The notes under the pieces were generated by a model that saw only the letters and a program-made list of their open reading frames with translations, was not told the DNA's origin and searched no databases. From an uncultured Burkholderiales bacterium (lineage in GTDB: Bacteria; Actinomycetota; Acidimicrobiia; IMCC26256; PALSA-610), in assembly GCA_964558245.1 (NCBI GenBank), contig CAZLEC010000001.1, positions 1-41,925 of the forward strand: a stretch of DNA of 41,925 bases, read 5' to 3'. The translations under genes were made by a program, and so were the position numbers. Position 1 is the first letter of the stretch. Each line of letters opens with the position of its first letter. Positions 40,872 to 41,925 of this stretch are shown here, in pieces.

Positions 40872-41267
40872 TCAGCGCGAATCGGGATCCGGGCGCGCCT
40901 GCCCGGCGAGCGTTCGGGACACGAGTTGCCGGGAGAATCCCCACGCGCGGGCGATGTCGGCGATGGTCGACCCTTCCGAGAGCTGCAGGCGCCACATGGA
41001 GAAGCGTGACGCGGCGCGTGCGCGTTCGATCTCCTCGAGCCGATGCGAGAACGATGCGCGAACGGCGCCGGCTCGGGTCCGCGCCACCATGTCCGACGCC
41101 CGCACCCCCGACTGGAGGTCGCGCCGAGCCCGCTTGAGCACGGTTTCGTAGGCCCGCAGGTCGTCTCGGACTTCGGCGACGACTTTCATGAGCGCGTCGA
41201 TCTCGCGCACGGCGAGGTCGCGAAGATACTCCGACGAGGCTCCGGTCGGAACCGATTTACCCGACAT
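40872..41267 (-). CDS. Helix-turn-helix domain protein (putative transcriptional regulator)
   Basis: ATG 41267 is 5 nt after GGAG and 12 nt after the protease stop. The N-terminus is a helical or coiled region. The C-terminal HTH is GSTIADIARAWGFSRQLVSRTL. Confidence 0.7.
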   Translation of the reverse strand: MSGKSVPTGASSEYLRDLAVREIDALMKVVAEVRDDLRAYETVLKRARRDLQSGVRASDMVARTRAGAVRASFSHRLEEIERARAASRFSMWRLQLSEGSTIADIARAWGFSRQLVSRTLAGQARPDPDSR

Positions 41268-41279
41268 CAGGGCTCCATT

Positions 41280-41925
41280 CTACGGTCGGAACGGCGACGT
41301 CAGGATGCAGCACCTCAGCCCGAACAGGGAGCGCGCCCACGGGTCGATGTACACGGAGTGCTTCGGGCGGACCGGCCGGGCCGCAGTCTTTTTTGCGACC
41401 GCGGTGATCAGCGCGGCGAGCGGGTTGACGAGACCGTGGCCGAAGATCGCATTCGGTCCGAGGTAACTCGCCGTGGTCTCGATGAGATTCGTGATCCGCG
41501 CCGCGGTTGCGGTCGGATCGACGGCGACGATCAGGGCGGCTTCCGCGGAGGCGTAGGGAGTCGCCATCGAGGTGCCGGACGCGTCGGCGTATGCGTCCGG
41601 ACTGGAGCCCCACAGCGACACCACTCCGACACCGGGAGCGGCGACGTCGAGATAGGCGCCGGTGTTGCCGAACGCGGCGTGCGCGAGATTGCTGTCGACG
41701 GCGGCCACCGCGATGGCTTCGGGATAGGCCGCCGGATACATCGGTGCGTTGCCGGCCTGCCCGTTGTTGCCCCCGGCCGCGACCACGACGTCGCCTTTGC
41801 TGTTCGCGTATTGGATCGCGTTCCGGAGATCGGCCGACTTGCCGCCGCCGAGACTCAGATTGATCACCCGCGCGCCGTGATCCGCAGCCCAGATGAGTCC
41901 CTTCGCGACATTCGACGCGTTGCCC
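41280..41925 (-). CDS. S8 family (subtilisin-like) serine peptidase, C-terminal part (N-terminus beyond the window end)
   Basis: Reverse-complement translation runs ...GNASNVAKGLIWAADHGARVINLSLGG...VVAAGGNNG...YPEAIAVAAVD...APGVGV...SGTSMATPY (catalytic Ser motif)...GHGLVNPLAAL. The frame is open to the window edge. Confidence 0.9.
   Translation of the reverse strand, partial: GNASNVAKGLIWAADHGARVINLSLGGGKSADLRNAIQYANSKGDVVVAAGGNNGQAGNAPMYPAAYPEAIAVAAVDSNLAHAAFGNTGAYLDVAAPGVGVVSLWGSSPDAYADASGTSMATPYASAEAALIVAVDPTATAARITNLIETTASYLGPNAIFGHGLVNPLAALITAVAKKTAARPVRPKHSVYIDPWARSLFGLRCCILTSPFRP

Noticed and set aside
1-41925. Scan for CRISPR arrays, tRNA/rRNA genes, IS elements, integrases, toxin-antitoxin pairs and classic defence effectors (nucleases, TIR, Sir2, restriction-modification)
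   Set aside because: I found no regularly spaced direct repeats, no cloverleaf-like or rRNA-like conserved stretches, and no transposase, integrase or effector motifs in any credible frame. The absence is judged by eye only. tRNAscan-SE, Infernal and ISfinder searches would be needed to be definitive.

Overview
Very GC-rich, densely coding chromosomal segment with an actinobacterial look: frequent GTG starts, GGAG-type ribosome-binding sites, and 4-nt ATGA/GTGA gene overlaps. Third-position GC is so strong that long shadow ORFs appear in every frame. I call 32 protein-coding genes (two truncated by the window edges) plus one decayed gene copy. I could not recognise any rRNA, tRNA, CRISPR array, transposase or integrase.

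Gene content, left to right:
- an ABC-2 exporter operon preceded by a small secreted protein;
- a Crp/Fnr cNMP-binding regulator followed by a 1,880-aa giant (two cyclase-homology domains, two distinct STAND P-loop modules, a hydrophobic span, 14 WD40-like blades);
- a secreted or lipoprotein gene whose 3' end is duplicated on the other side of that pair;
- a divergent L-fuconate/L-fucose non-phosphorylative catabolic cluster (AKR aldose dehydrogenase, FucD, SDR, leaderless SBP-like protein, LldD-like FMN dehydrogenase);
- a DUF4352 lipoprotein and a Tat-type phospholipase C/phosphoesterase;
- a GT39/ArnT-like transferase, a COG4705 membrane protein, and an OmpR/HK two-component system translationally chained to a 736-aa polytopic protein;
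- a CmcI-like methyltransferase and a MacB-type ABC pair;
- a secreted animal-type haem peroxidase;
- a membrane GGDEF-EAL protein behind an AT-rich island, then a PPOX-family protein;
- two lipoproteins (one DUF1254/DUF1214);
- an 840-aa zinc-ribbon plus polytopic SCO7613-like protein and a tiny zinc-ribbon ORF;
- another large polytopic protein, an HTH protein, and a truncated S8 subtilase.

The most unusual locus is 2.2-9.3 kb. It holds the crp-like gene and the cyclase-STAND-STAND-WD40 giant, bracketed by a dead and a live copy of the same gene end and punctuated by three related GCCCGACAC hairpins. All functional calls rest on motifs I read by eye. No database search was run.
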